Origin: Vicugna vicugna
Lineage: Eukaryota
Assembly: GCA_013265495.1 (NCBI GenBank)
Contig: MU057796.1
Span: 496,001 to 560,000 of the forward strand
Direction: 5' to 3'
Length of the DNA stretch: 64,000 nucleotides
Shown: positions 11,732 through 25,520 of the stretch, piece by piece
How positions within the stretch are numbered: position 1 is the first letter of the stretch
Layout: every line of letters begins with the position of its first letter
The notes under the pieces: generated by a model
The model's input: only the letters and a program-made list of their open reading frames with translations
The model's database searches: none
Told to the model about the DNA's origin: nothing
Position numbers and translations under genes: made by a program

Positions 11732-14700
11732 GAATAGAGACTTAATTTATCTAAGTTTTAAATAGTTCTAGTAGTATGTTTAGGCCTTTTAGACGGCATT
11801 GGTTTAACAAACGCTTTTCTAATTCCCAGATAATTATTTGGCTCTAATCATAATAAACCCATGTGCTTCTGTAGTCATATTTGGTTCTAAATGCTTTGAT
11901 CTCAAATTTCTTAGCTTGAGTTTGGCAAATTTTATGTTTAACTTAACCATCACTCTATCTTTATATCATACAATGTTCTAAGTTTCTACCCTTGATGTTA
12001 GCCCTCTTCTATTTATACCATTTAACCTGTAACAGAATGGAATGATCCAATGTTTCTTCTTCACCTTTGGCAATAAGGAAAACATTTAGAGGAATGTATC
12101 AGTGTTTTACCATTTGTCCCAAGCAATTTGCATGTTAAAAACCTCATGGTCTCTACATGGTTCTTTTATTCTTGAAGAGCTAAACAAACTGTAAAGTATT
12201 AAATCTTGAATTATAACAAGAGATATAGGGAGTGTGATCTGATGGTACTTGCTGGTGGGGTATTAAAACAGATATATAGGATATGCGATCTGACTCTGCT
12301 GAGTGGTAGAGCAGGTATAAATCTTTGCAAGCTGAATTGTGATAACAGGCACATTTCTCACTCTTAACTATAGCACTTATGGTGCTAGGAGTAAATATAA
12401 TAACGTATTGACTGAGAGGTAGCACTGAAGGTTCACGCCAGAGAAGGGTGTCCAAACAGATTGTCAGGAGAAAGGAAACTGAAGAAAGAGGGCAGAAACT
12501 GGGAGCAAGAGGGAAAGCTGAGAGATAGGAAAGCTAAGAAGGTTGAAAGTAATTTTTTTTTTCCTGGTGATAATAGAGAAATAGGGTGGAAAACCTTGAA
12601 AGAATCCTGGAGACAGGGAGCTGTGCCCGATGCTGCAGTTTTATGCCCTCTCATTGACGGTATTTGTGTGAGAGGGATGGGTGAATTTAAAAGGATCCAG
12701 AGTGAGTTAGAACAGTGTAACTAAAACAAAGACAAGAAAGGCTTTTAATTATTCCCTGAAATCCTTTCTCTGTCATTGATTTAAGGGTCACAGATTTAGA
12801 CAGTGCTTTCTCCAGCAAAGTTCTCTTTCTTCTTTTTTCTTATCCCCAATCCCTTGAAAGAATAATTGAGCACTATTATTCCAAATCTTGGTGCCAAATA
12901 TGCTCAGAATGACCTTGACCCAGTCATCATGGTCTTCACTTTGCCTTATGAGTTTCCTGGTCCCTCACTCGGACTGTGAGATGGAGAATTCTCTGTCCTT
13001 GCTTTGGAATCAAGCCTCACTGTGGCCACACAGATAAGGACTGCCAGACCTCAAAGTGGCCTTGAATCTGTTTCCATTTCCTCAGCCTGGTCATTCTGAT
13101 ATGCAGAGTCCTGGCTGGGAATTCTGGAAGGCCAGCCAGAGCGCTCTACAGCGTAAGTGAGGTTAATTCTAATAGCCTGCTTAAGAATGTAATTTAACTG
13201 TATTTTGGAAAATTGAATCCCTTCTCCAAACAAACACAAATAATCACTCATCAGAGACTCACTGAAATGCGTATCACAAAATGAGGAAGTGTGTTCCCCA
13301 TCTGTCTCCTGAGTCTAATGTTGAGGGCACAGTGTTACAAAGGTGCTGACACACATCTGGCATCAGCAATACCCAGGATGGAAGGAAAGTGGAGAGAAGG
13401 TGTCAGAAAGCATAATAAGAAAGAAAAACTGAAATGGAGACTGAACACAACAAAGAGAACAGGGAAACCAAGAGGAAATACATTCTTTCTGTTCAGAGAG
13501 GCAACCGTTACACTAAAGATCTGGTCCTGGTCCAGTAATTTTTCAGCTTTGACAACCGAACTGCATAATTGAGGCCAAAAGTAGGAAAACACACCCCTGA
13601 CAGTCATTAGCCAGTTTTTGCCCGAATTATCTAGACTTTTAGCATATTACCTTTCCATTCAACCTTGTATGGAATGTCCGGTGACAGAAAGAGTGAGAAA
13701 GATGAATCCATTATTTCACAGGGATTTCTCGGCTAGTCAGTGAAAAGACAAGGGCAAAACAAAAATGAGATGAAGAAGGAAGTAGTGTAGCACACTTGTG
13801 TGGTGAAAACAAACACACACACACACCAGTCATTTCACACTCTCAGTAGAGAAAACTTTAGGAATTAACTTCTGGGTGTCTGGGTTTTTTTTAATGGGAT
13901 ACAAATCAGGAAGAAAAATGATACTCAAATTCCCAAAAAAGTGCATATATATGTTAACTAAAATTGAACAAAGGCAGTAAGAACAGGAAAAATATATGTG
14001 GGAAAAAAACAGCACCTAATTAATGACAGGTCTGTGTGCAAAGTAGAGCTTTTATATATCTTTCACTGGCAAAAGAAAAGTTTGCAGACGTCAGAGAAAA
14101 GCTGGGAAACTCCATCATCTATGATCTGAATGTCAACGTTGGTGCATTTTCAATTTTGGCAATGTGGATGAATCGTACACCCAGTAAGGACCCTACGAAG
14201 CTGCCTAGATCATCTGAGAGTAAATAGATGGCGGGAGAATCATAGGACAGTGGAAATGGAAGACCTGTAATAATTGGCAACTTCTATTCATATAGAGCAG
14301 CTGTATTTGATATACACAGGCACACTTAACATAATAAAACAATAAAAACCATGGTACATACATACAAAATTGTCTGTTTATTCTTTGTTGAGACTTTCTT
14401 TGTGCATAACATTTTCACTGACTTTTTTGAGCCTGTGAGAAGAATCAAATTATGCTTATTAAAAATATGTGTATTTCTGGAGGGATATGCGTTCCTATAA
14501 CCTTCATTACGATGCTCTTAATTAACCAATATGCCTCATAATAAAGTATCTAGCTGTCACCGAAATCAACACTTTTCAGTTATTAATAGATTAAGGAAAG
14601 AATGTTAATTTCTTCAAGCTCCATTTCATTTGGTCTCATTACTTCAGGAGCCAGATGGTTACAGGGCTGGACCTGTCAACAGTTACTGTGAGCAAGAATA

Positions 14701-17700
14701 CATTCAGAAACACCAAAATGAAGTATGAATAACAGCTGAAAAATGAATTCTGAGGTAGCCGTGCACAATGCATAAGGCAAGGCAGAAAGTTATTCTGCCG
14801 AGAAATGGAGAAAATTATGAATCAGGCACATTTTAATTGATGTTTTATTTCCCCCCCCCCAGCCCCAAAAAAAATTCCTCCCCCCCCCATTAAATTTTCT
14901 CCCCCCAAATTATAGCCATAAGGCTCCAGCTGTGCTGTAGTGAAGCTTTCCATTTTTCAGGTGTCTAACTATTTCTCTTGTCCCTCACGCTGCCGGAATT
15001 TGACAGTTCTCCTACACTGTCGGTTGATTGATGATGTCAACTTGGAAGAGACAGTCCCACCAGCAGCCAATTTTTTCAAGATGTTCTCTTCTTTGATTTT
15101 AAGAATTACTTCTGAGTCCTTCGAAAGGAAGTCACCTTGAAGGGCATCTCCTGCTTGATCCCTCAGCCTGCTCTGTGGCTGCCCGTGGTTGGGAATGTCA
15201 AACGGATGAGTTAGCTGCTCATTCTGTCTTACCTGTTGGGTGAAACAGACTCCCGGTTTCCCAGCAACTTTCAGGGTCCATCATTCCATAATTCAGCTGA
15301 GTGATGGTCAGTATTCAGAGCTAAGAGTCAGTATGTTGGAATGTTAAACCTTACTTTTGGTGAAATGTCTGTGCTTTCAAGTAAGTCATTTGCTTGGAAC
15401 ACACCACATTCTCTATTATCCACCAGGTAGGGTCAGTATTTTCTCCTGGTAAAATATTTTGTGATGTTCAAATGTGAAGTGTTACATGACTTCCATTTCT
15501 GTGCCACAGTAATTCACCTGCTACAGTTTTGTATTTCTCGTCATTCTTAACTACAGGTGTGTCTCAAATACTTGGTGCCTACGGGACATGAAACAATTTG
15601 CAACCTGATTTTCTTTTCTTTCTTTTCTTCCTTTTCTTTTCCTCTTCTTCCTCTTTTTTTTTTAGGGGCAATTTAAATAACATAGATTTGCTGATCTTGA
15701 GTCATTAGTACCCATGAGCCTTCCAAAAGAAAATTTTAGCCTCGTAAAGTTTGGACTAATTTTAGAGCCATCTTGACCAAAACTAGCACTTTGAATAAGA
15801 AACTCGAGAAACCACAAGAGTTCGGAAGATCTGTCTGCAGTTCTAGATGTTATTTAAACCGGCTTCAGTTTGGTCAAGTAGAGAAAACAAAGCAAAACAA
15901 AACAGAATCTGTAGCTGACTCCAGTATATGAACCTTAATAAATTTAAAAAGGCTACATCTTTATAAATTCTGAAATTTATTCACATATTCAAGCATTTTT
16001 AAAAATTTTTAAGAACATACTATGCTCCAAGCAGAATTACAGATGTTGGGGATGCCTGGTAGCATATTACCCAGTGATTATTTTTAAAACAATCTTCTCA
16101 ATGTCTATAGAAATTAACTTGCCCATAAGCAATTGTTTCATTCTTAACAACAACAACAACAACAAATGCTTAATTAAAGATTAAAGTGTCTGACTTTTAA
16201 GATACATTTTCCTTCATACAAGGAGAAAAATCCCATTCTGTGATTCTTTCATTCAGGCTGGTGAGAGTCTAGTTCAACTGTAAAAAGAAAAGATATTCTA
16301 GGAGATCTGAAGAGGAAAATTTACTGCCCACGAGCTCCTTAATACTTGTCTCTGAAAGGCATGAGGGTCTTCAATCAGTTCTGCCTTTAAAGTTTCTCTC
16401 CTTGTCTCCAGATTGATAAAAACTAGTCTTCTAAAAAATAAATAAATAAAAATGAAGGTGTGGGCAAAGGGCAGTTGGTCCTAAATGAGTGGTAGGCAAA
16501 CTTTTTGCACAAGGATAACTTTCAGAAAAAGTGTTAATGGGATACGTTTTTTTTTTTCTCCCTCAAATTCAAAATGATCATAGATGTACTGAATGTCATG
16601 GAAATTTAAGGTATAGTCTTCCAGGCAAACTTGTCTACTTGACTGAGTAGAGCAATGCCAGAATGGGACTTGACACTGAATTCACTGAAACCAAAGTTAA
16701 CCAAATAGTCAAAAATTGGAGCAAAAATGAGTCTTCTTTCTATTCTTCCTCTGGGCTGGCTGTATTCATCTTGGGCCTCTAAACAGCTCATTGCTGGTAT
16801 AGACTGAGAACACCACTGGCAATCAGACTTGTCTGAGTAAACAAAGAAGACAGGTGGGCCGGACCCTGGAAACGTTTATTTGTGTGAGCAGTTGAGCAGC
16901 CTCTTGGGAAAGACCTCATCTCAGGGAGGAGTGAGACTTGCATATTAAGTCTGGTTGTATAGTGTCTCAGCCAGTGGAGAGCAGGTTAAATCTTGACATA
17001 GTACGTTGTTTGTCATTCATATTTTCCCAAGCCAATTCACCTACCTACATGTGCTTGGGGCCTAGAAGGAGAAGAATTATTAGAATAAACTGAATATGCT
17101 GTTTTCTCACAGACTCCCTGGAGTCAGTGAAGCCCAAAGTATCTTGGATGACAATGAAAAGTAAGGCATTCTGTCCCCTTGGGCATTGGGTATCTGCCAC
17201 ACCTTGTGCTCCAGCACATCATTCCCACCATGACTGCAGCTGCAGTGAGAGCTGGGGTCTGCATTTTCTGACACTATCCATCACCCATAGCTTTAGCAGC
17301 AGCTAGAGGCAGGGCCAGCAGAGTCTAGTGGTGCCAGATACCGAAACAAAGGATGACATTGACTCAGACTTTCATTGACAATATCCTCCAGCAAGAGCAG
17401 GGACGAGTGTTCAGCTGTAGGGGATCACCAAAGGGGGTCAGAGCAGGAGGGAAAGACAGTGGGAGATGCCTCTTGCAAGCTCAGTGGGTTTGTTTTGCAT
17501 ACATAGTAGCAGATCCCCAGGGGCTTTCAGAAATAGCTTGTGGAAATAGGTTGAGACTTTGAAGGGAATAAAAGGAGTTGCCAAGGGTTCACAATTTCAG
17601 TAATAAAGCCCAGGAAATACGTTAAGAGGCTCTGTTTTACAGTCAGAATGATGTGACTTAGGAGTTAAAAAAACAAAACAAAACAAAACAAAAACTTTTC

Positions 17701-17764
17701 TAAAGGTTGTAGGGTAGTCCTTTACAGAAAACAAAGAGGAGCCACGGTTTCCATATTTAGACTT

Positions 17765-18360
17765 TGTTATGCCCCCGGTTACCAGACCTTGGAAAGCTCA
17801 CTCCATTTTTCAACTCATCACGTTAGAAGGTTAGAATCGGGTATTGTTCAGGTCTTTGTGGGACCGCATTTAAAGGTCCCAGAGCTGTAGCTATTTATTC
17901 TCTATTTTAGACAGGTTTCCTCCTGACTGAGACCCCCGACCTCCCTTTTCTCAGAGCATTTACTTTAGAAAACTTGAGATTGTAAATTCTTATCTGCCCC
18001 TTTGAAAAATACATCTTTCCCCAGGCTCCTGACAGTCTCATAAGCCAGGGATGTCTTTTTTCCAGATCTGGGAGTCATCCCTTTGAAATGTAATCATCAA
18101 GAACGATGGCACCTCTGTCTTCCAGTATCTTCCAGGGGCCTGATCTCCATGAGAAGCAATTAGCAAATAAAGGTGGCCTATTCACATTGACCAGCCTCCA
18201 GCTAACATTCTTTAGCACTTTCCGCTTGGCCCATCCCAGAGCTTGAAACTCTCCTACCTTTTGTTGCAGTGGAGTTGAGTTCAATCTGTCTCCCCTAAGG
18301 CATTAGTCTTGAATAAAGGCTTCTTTGTTTAATTCTGTCCATTACAATTTTTATTTGACA
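17765..18360 (+). mobile_element. ERV1 solo LTR (MER34/MER39-like)
   Basis: TG...CA termini; cagagcatttactttagaaaact and tttgaaatgtaatcatcaag motifs; AATAAA at ~18312. Confidence 0.65.
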
Positions 18361-19036
18361 TCACCTGTAGACCAGACCCTTTTCCCTGTTATTCAGACTA
18401 ATCCTGACCAGAAGCAGGAGGGTTTTTTAACCTGATTTAAGATTCCTTTGCTGTTATTCTGACCCTGATATATATGAGCTTCCATCTAGATCTGAGCTCC
18501 GAGCCGACACTCCCTCCACCCGGGATGTCCCCGTTTTTGTAAGTAGGACTTGGCCTTGATCCACGTTTCTCAATTTTCTCTCTGGGAAGCTGCCTGGCTC
18601 TTGTCTTTTGTCCTGGCTGGTTTCTGTTCCAATGGGTAGCAATTCTATACTGTTTTCATCTTGCCTGTGGATACCTCCAAGTTCCTCATACCAGCTTGAT
18701 TTCCATGTCATCAGTTGCCTGCCTGGACTGAAACTGGACCTGATGGTGAGAGCCCTTGGGAACAGGGCTTAGCATCCCAGGTGGCACAGCCCTCGAGCAT
18801 TTATAGCTGGATCACTTCCCTTTGGCCCTTCCCCCACCTTGACTCAATGAAAAAATCTATTTTCGGATCCCTGCTCTTGTCTACCGGGCTTATCTTACTG
18901 TGGTCTAGTGAAATTCTCCCTGTTGATCTTAGGAAGGTTTTGAAAAGAAAAGATAAGCAGTCTCTGGGTAAGATTTTAAAAGGTAGATTATAGGCATTAT
19001 TTATCAGAATCTTTTTAACATCCTATGAAGAAAATA

Positions 19037-19169
19037 CAGTTGGCCCTCTGTATCTGTGGGTTCTACATCCATGGGTATGGAGGGCCAACTGCGGGACCTG
19101 AGCATCCGTGGAATTTGACATCCCTGTGGGTCATGCAACCAATCACCCATGCACAGGAAGGAATGACTG
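19037..19169. mobile_element. MER2-like Tigger MITE inserted in a MIR
   Basis: TA-flanked CAGTTGGCCCTC...GAATGACTG; internal hairpin cagttggccctc..gagggccaactg; MIR core (cattttatggatgaaaaaactgaggctta) resumes after it. Confidence 0.7.
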
Positions 19170-19984
19170 TATTGTTATCTTCATTTTATGGATGAAAAAA
19201 CTGAGGCTTAGCAGAATGATAACTTTTCCAGAGGCATAAAGACTGTACTCAACAATACTGCCTCTTTTTTAATGTTTTTTACTGGAATCTGCCTGCTTCT
19301 AAATCTTGTGCCCTTTCTTCTGTATCATGCTGAATTCCTTGTTCTCGATGGTATTCATGAAACACCTTCACAAAGTTTTCAGGAAACCAATGTAAAATTT
19401 AATTCAATTTTGGATGCTGTTTTCAATGGCAATTTGATAAAATTACGAGTTGTTGCTCACGTATATAAGTTTGGGAATCATTAAAAACTGGTTTTGATGA
19501 GTCTTTTAGTAAATATTTTAGAAATGTGTACTTGTGCTTTTTTAATATGTATACTTTTTGTTTTTGTTAGATGTATTTTTCCTTAGCATCTGCTTCTCTT
19601 ACCCTAAAACATGTATTCTCCCACGCAGTTTACTCATCCTGCATTATGCCTTTCTGTTAAATATTCTTGCTTCCTACTGAGCTGTTTTCTAGGATGCTAC
19701 TGTCATATCAATCATATTTAAATTCCCAAGATGAGACCTGACGAAGCAGTATAATGATTTTGGTTTATTTAAATCTGAGGAGCGTGGGGCAGTTCGGAAA
19801 GGTGGGTCTAGTGTTTCCTAAGTGCCTTTTGGTTTCCGAATATGATGGGCTCCTTCCCCAGGGCAAGCTGGCCAACTCTCAGAATTGCAGCCACTGGCTG
19901 GTATGTTCTGGGGCAGTATATCCGGCTTCCTGCTACAGCATGAGGATCGAAGTAGAGATCACTGCTCACTTGTCAGAGTTCACT

Positions 19985-20200
19985 TGGAACCCTTCTTTGA
20001 TCTCCAAAGCCAGTAATGTAGCATATCTTCTCCTTCCTTTTCTTCTCTGGGCTAATTCAGGATAATCTCCCCAACTCAAGATCCTTCAGCTAATCACATT
20101 TAACAAGTCCCTTTTAACATATTAGACAACATATTCATAGGTTCTGGGGATTCATATTCATAGGACTTGAACATCATTGGAGAACTGTTCTCAGCCAACA
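19985..20200 (-). mobile_element. MLT1-family LTR fragment
   Basis: gataatctccccaactcaagatcctt...taatcacatt...aagtcccttt...atattcataggttctggggatt. Confidence 0.55.
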
Positions 20201-20221
20201 GCAAATGGTTTCTCTCTCTCT

Positions 20222-21536
20222 CTTTTTTTTTTTTTTGTTGAGGTTTTTATTTTATTTTCATTTTTTCTATTTAACATTAAAAATTTTAAAATGAAGGATA
20301 GTTGATTTATAATGTTGTGTTGGTTTCAGGGGTACAACAAAGTGATTAAATTGTATATATACATACACGCACACACACACACTATATATATATATATTCT
20401 TTTTCAGATTCTTTTCCAGTATAGATTATCACAAAATACTGAATATAGTTCCCTGTGCTATATAGTAGGTCTTTGTTGTTCATACATTTTATATAGAATA
20501 TGAATATGTATATGTTAATCCTAAACTCCTAATTTATCGCTCCCCTCGCATTTCCCCTTTGGTAACCATAGTTTGTTTTCTATTTCTATGAGTCTACTGT
20601 TGTTTTGTAAATAAGTTCATTTGTATCTTTTTTTTTTAGATTTCACATAAAAGTGATATCATGATATTTGTCTTTTTCTGTCTGACTTCACTTTAAAGTA
20701 TTCTCTAGGTCCATTCATGTTTCTGCAAATGGCATTACTGCATTACTTTTACAGCTGAGTTATATTCCATTGTATATATAGATACCACATCTTCTTTATC
20801 CATTTTTCTGTCAGTGGGCATTTAGGTTACTTCCATGTTTTGGCTATTGTAGAAAGTGCTGCTATGAACATTGGGGTGCATGTAGTTTTTTCTGGATACA
20901 TGCCCAGGAGTGGGATGGCTAGATCATATGTTAACTCTATTTTTAGTTTTTTAAGGAACCTCCATACTGTTCTCCATAGTGGCTGCACCAATTTACATTC
21001 CCACCAACAGTGTAGGAGGGTTTCCTTTTCTTCACATCCTCTCTAGCATTTATTATTTGTAGGTATTTTCATTATGGCCATACTGACCAATGTGAGGTGA
21101 CACCTAATTGTGGTTTTGATTTGCATTTCTCTAATAATTAGCGATGTTGAGCATTTTTCCACTTATTGGACATCTGTATGTCTTCTTCAGAGAAATGTCT
21201 ATTTAGGTCTTTGCCCCATTTTTTTATTGGATGTTTGTTTTTTGTTATTAAGCTGTATAAAAAGATGTTTGTATATTTTGGAAATTAATCCCTTGTTGGT
21301 TGCATTATTTGCAAATATTTTCTCCCATTCCATAGATTATCTTTTAATTTTATTTATGGTTTCCTTTGCTATGCAAAAGCTTTTACGTTTAGTTAAGTCT
21401 CATTTGTTTATTTTGCTTTTACTTCCATTACTCTAGGAGATGGATGCAAAAAAATGTGGCAATTTAAGTCAAAGGGTGTTCTGCCTATGTTTTCCTCTAA
21501 AAGTTATATAGTATCCAATCTTACATTTAGGTCTTT
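20222..21536 (-). mobile_element. LINE-1, 5'-truncated (~1.3 kb), similar family to 8671-10677
   Basis: T-rich tail, 3'UTR and ORF2 C-terminal homology; probable TSD ggtttctct at ~20207 and ~21537. Confidence 0.9.
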
Positions 21537-21591
21537 AGGTTTCTCTTTTCTAATGTCCACAGCAAAACTGGTGGAATAAATAGCCTGATGT

Positions 21592-21688
21592 ATCTTTCTT
21601 TCTCTTCTTTTCTTCCTCTCTTCCTCCTTCCCTTCTTTTTTCTATGTCTCCTTTCCTCCCTTCTTCCCTCTCCCTCTCTCTCTCTCTC
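21592..21688. repeat. CT-rich low-complexity/microsatellite tract
   Basis: Visible pyrimidine run ending in (CT)n. Confidence 0.85.
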
Positions 21689-23264
21689 AACATTAAAATA
21701 TCTGATCCTGGTAGAAAGAGTGGGTTAGAGGGTGTTGGAAAGATTGAGTGGAATGATAAACTATAAATGCTAGGTCCTAGTTGTAACACTCCCATTGTTA
21801 TCAAAGAATCAGAAAGGTTGCTCTCTTGTTTTTCTGTTACAGATCTGAAACACAACTGTGATAGGTGCATGTTTATTGCCATTGTAATGTACATCAATCC
21901 CATTCTCCTCCTTCAGGGACAAACGCTGGTCTAAAAAGAGGTGATCCAAAGATCATGTCTCATATTTTCTAAAATTTAAGAATAATTATTTTAGTTGTGT
22001 TGAAATGTATATTCTACAATATATCTTTCAGGGAATCTCAAAAATATAAATCCCCCATAATAGAAAAAAAGGCATGTAATTATGTTAATTAAAACCAGAA
22101 GAATTTATTACATGAGATTTTTTCTAGATTCCTTTTTATCAAATTTTGGCTGGGTTCCTCTACATTTTGAGGGTTTGTTTTTTTTTTTGACAGCTGAACA
22201 TATTCTTTCCTAAATTTCACCATGCTTTAGGGGATAATCAGTAGTTTTCAAAAGCTGATACAATAACTCCAACTGCCTGCATGCAGCAGATTACTTGTTC
22301 CAGTTCTTTCCTAGAAACAAATACACCATAAGGCCAATGCACTTGTAACAACTGTGGATCATCTGGAACTTTAAAATCTGAGAAAAGAGCTATTCCCATT
22401 GGTCCTAATAAGCAGATGAAAAATAGGATTCTCTAAAGGACTTTACCTACATACATTTAAAATTTTTTCATGTCAGAAGAAACCTCTTCAGCCTTTAATA
22501 TAAACAAGGGACAAAATTAAATGCAAAAGAGTCTGCTAATGTAAGATTGAGATTCTCAGAGGAACATCACTTTTCCCACATTCCACGCATTCTGAATATT
22601 AAGGTATCACATTTAAGAGACTAGCTAGTTCTGAAAAGCAGTATTTGAAGCATAACGGGTTCAAATGAAAGGAATGGCAACAAGTCTCACTTCTTTTGTA
22701 TGTATGACCACAGCAGCGTCAATTTTTGATTTTGGGGTCTAATCAGTAACAGTATGACACTTGTCTCTTTTGCTTTCCTCTTCCTTTCTCGTCGCCCCTT
22801 CTTCTAAAGGACTTTCAAGCTCAGGGAGAAGAAATAAAATGAGAGCAGGCAATTTGGTTTCCAATTCGTTGCTTGATTACTGGTTTGGTAGATGTGGATG
22901 TAGGGCTGGATTGAAATTGTCATTAATCAGGAAGTATTACCCATATCTTGTCCCTTGAGTAACTTACCATGACAATCAGGGTCCTGATGCTTTCACTCCT
23001 AAATTATTCCCACAATTGGTCTACACATGACCACTGAAGACGATTTTCTCTAAAATCATTTGAATTTTTAAAAATTACTCTGCTTTCTATTTCAAAGAAA
23101 AGTTGTACACACAGGAAATAGGATAGAGGCAAACTCAGCAGACAGTTTGCTGGGGGTGGAAACAGGTGCATGTCATATGGAATAATCCATACATTCTGAC
23201 TTCACCACCTTTCCCTAGTTTTGAGAAATGTGCAAAGAATTTGCAGTAAAGAGGCGGTTGACTA

Positions 23265-23520
23265 ACAATAGCAACAGTCTGTATTTATACAACACCTTTC
23301 TTTCAGAGAGTTCAGAGTGCTTTATAAACAGTATCTCATTAATCTTCACAACTTCCCTATATGGAAGGCGGTTTCAGCTATCATTACTCACATCTTTATC
23401 AACAAAGGAACAGTTGCCTGCAGAGCGGCTAAGCAACTTGTCCAAGGTCACTGAGGGAGCGAGTGGCAAAGCCAAGAATAAAACTCAGAGCTTTGACCTT
23501 CCAGTTTAGTATTCTCTCCA
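23265..23520 (-). mobile_element. MIR-family SINE, near full length
   Basis: tctcattaatcttcacaac...gctaagcaacttgtccaaggtcac...agtggcaaagccaaga matches the reverse MIR core. Confidence 0.7.
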
Positions 23521-24229
23521 GGAGGCAACCTTGAAGAAAGAGCAGATTCTTACATGCATATTCATAAATCTCCAAAAAAAATCTACCATTTCTCAGTATT
23601 TTCATCAACCAAATTTTGATGCTAATTTGTGACCATTTAAAATAAAATCCAATGGCTGATAGTGAGGGGGAAACATTGAAATCACATTGAGAGAATACAC
23701 AAACCTCAGTCTCTAAGCCTCATTAATCACCTGGAGACCAGCAATTGGCCACACACAACTCATTAGACCCACCAGGTAAGAGGATGCTGAGAAGCAGGCC
23801 ACCCAGGATGTGAAGACCCTGTTTGAAATGGCCAAATTCTCAGCCCCTTTCCCCAAAGGTAGGTGGGCAATACTCATTAGGATAAATTACTATTAGTTCA
23901 TTGAATTACTAGTTGTCATTTATCATATGTTATGCACATGCTAAGGGCTGCATACCTGTCCTCAGGTAGCTTATAGTTTAGCAGAAAGACATGCAAATGA
24001 GTGCACACAGTGTCATAAGAGAGGAAGATTCATAGCTTACACTGTCTGGGGAAATTGGAGAAGGCTGGAGCTAAACTCCAACTCCCAGAGATCTTGTCCA
24101 ACCAAGCATTAAATTTGAACATGGTGTCTTGTTTTCTTGGACTCTCTTCCACTTTCTTCATGTGGTAGACATGTTCCAACCTTAGTTATCATAGAGCATC
24201 TCTTCAGAGAGTTCCTCCTGGATTTTGCC

Positions 24230-24570
24230 ACCAAGGGAGTTCTCTTTGTTGTTGTCAATCAAGGAACTCTTCGTTTTCTTTACAACTTTCATCTCAGTTG
24301 GTAAAATAGGGCTTTGTTAACCAGTTTATGACATATCTCTCTCTCCAAACTGTAAGCTCTGTGGAAAGCCATAATAGTGATTATCTAGTAGTATGTGCTC
24401 AGTGAATGGATGGTGCTGCATGGATGAAACCCCTTAGCTTCTCCTTCCTCCTTTATAAAATAATGATAATGATGCTTACCTCTTAGCATCGTGGCAAGAA
24501 CTAAATGTACAAATACCCAAAGCTGCAGTGCATCGTGCTAAGCACTGAATTCAATAAATGGTAACCTGAA
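24230..24570 (+). mobile_element. L2 3' end followed by MIR fragment
   Basis: actgtaagctct...gtgctcagtgaatggatgg (L2 tail); cctttataaaataatgataatgatgcttacctc...caataaatggtaac (MIR). Confidence 0.5.
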
Positions 24571-24768
24571 AGTGGTATTAAATGTCTGTAGCCTGAACAA
24601 TTTAAGTTATTGGTTATTTAGTTAAATATAATTATTTTGTGAGGAACAATAGAAGTGAGGTTGAAGATGGAGAATTAATGAGTGTTTACTATTTTTATAG
24701 AAGCATAATGGTGAAAAGAAAAGAGAAGGTAAGAGCTAGGATTGTATAGGATTATATAGGCTTGCAGG

Positions 24769-24770
<2 letters not shown>

Positions 24771-24803
<33 letters not shown>
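24771..24803. repeat. (GT)n microsatellite
   Basis: About 16 perfect GT units. Confidence 0.97.
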
Positions 24804-24806
<3 letters not shown>

Positions 24807-24953
24807 TTTTTTCCATGCTGAGAGACTGAAAAATACAAGACAAGAGAGGTAGAATTGATGGAATATGGTATCACTGAAGCATAATAACATGGAATTAGTC
24901 TTAGCTAGGACAAGGGGCATCTCTCTGAGATAGGAGAGAAGGATGCAGAGATG

Positions 24954-25219
24954 TTTATCTATTCTACATTTTGAAATCCCAGTCTATCCCTTCTCACTCC
25001 CTACCCCCTTGGCAACCACAAGTTTGTATTCTATGTCTATGAGTGTATTTAGCACAGGGAAATATATACAAGATCATATGGTGGCTCACAGAGAAAAAAA
25101 TGTGACAATGAATATATACATATATATATATGTTCATGTATAACTGAAAAGTTGTGCTCTACACTGGAATTTGACACAACATTGTAAAATTATTATAAGT
25201 CAATAAAATGTTTAAAAAA
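24954..25219 (+). mobile_element. Young LINE-1 3' end with 5' inversion (twin priming)
   Basis: ~24954-25044 is antisense L1 3'UTR, 25045-25219 is sense with A-tail; perfect 15-bp TSD aaggatgcagagatg at 24939-24953 and 25220-25234. Confidence 0.92.
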
Positions 25220-25274
25220 AAGGATGCAGAGATGAATGCAGGTGTAACAACAGCAATTACTTTTATAATTATTT

Positions 25275-25520
25275 TTATAACACTTACCGAGTACACACTA
25301 ACTGGGAAGCATTATGCTAAATTTTCTCTCTCCATAACAGATTTCTTTCAATCCTTACTTGAAAGCAATCTTGAAGGTAAATTCCTTTATTTTCATCAGT
25401 GTGTATGTGAGGAAACTAAAGATTAGAGGTGTTACATAACTGCTGAAGGTCATACTCATAACTGATGGTATAAAGAGGCTGGGCTGCCACCAAGACCCAG
25501 GTCTGGATCACACTGCTACG
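25275..25520 (-). mobile_element. MIR SINE
   Basis: tgaggaaactaaagattagaggtgttacataactgctgaaggtcata core. Confidence 0.65.
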
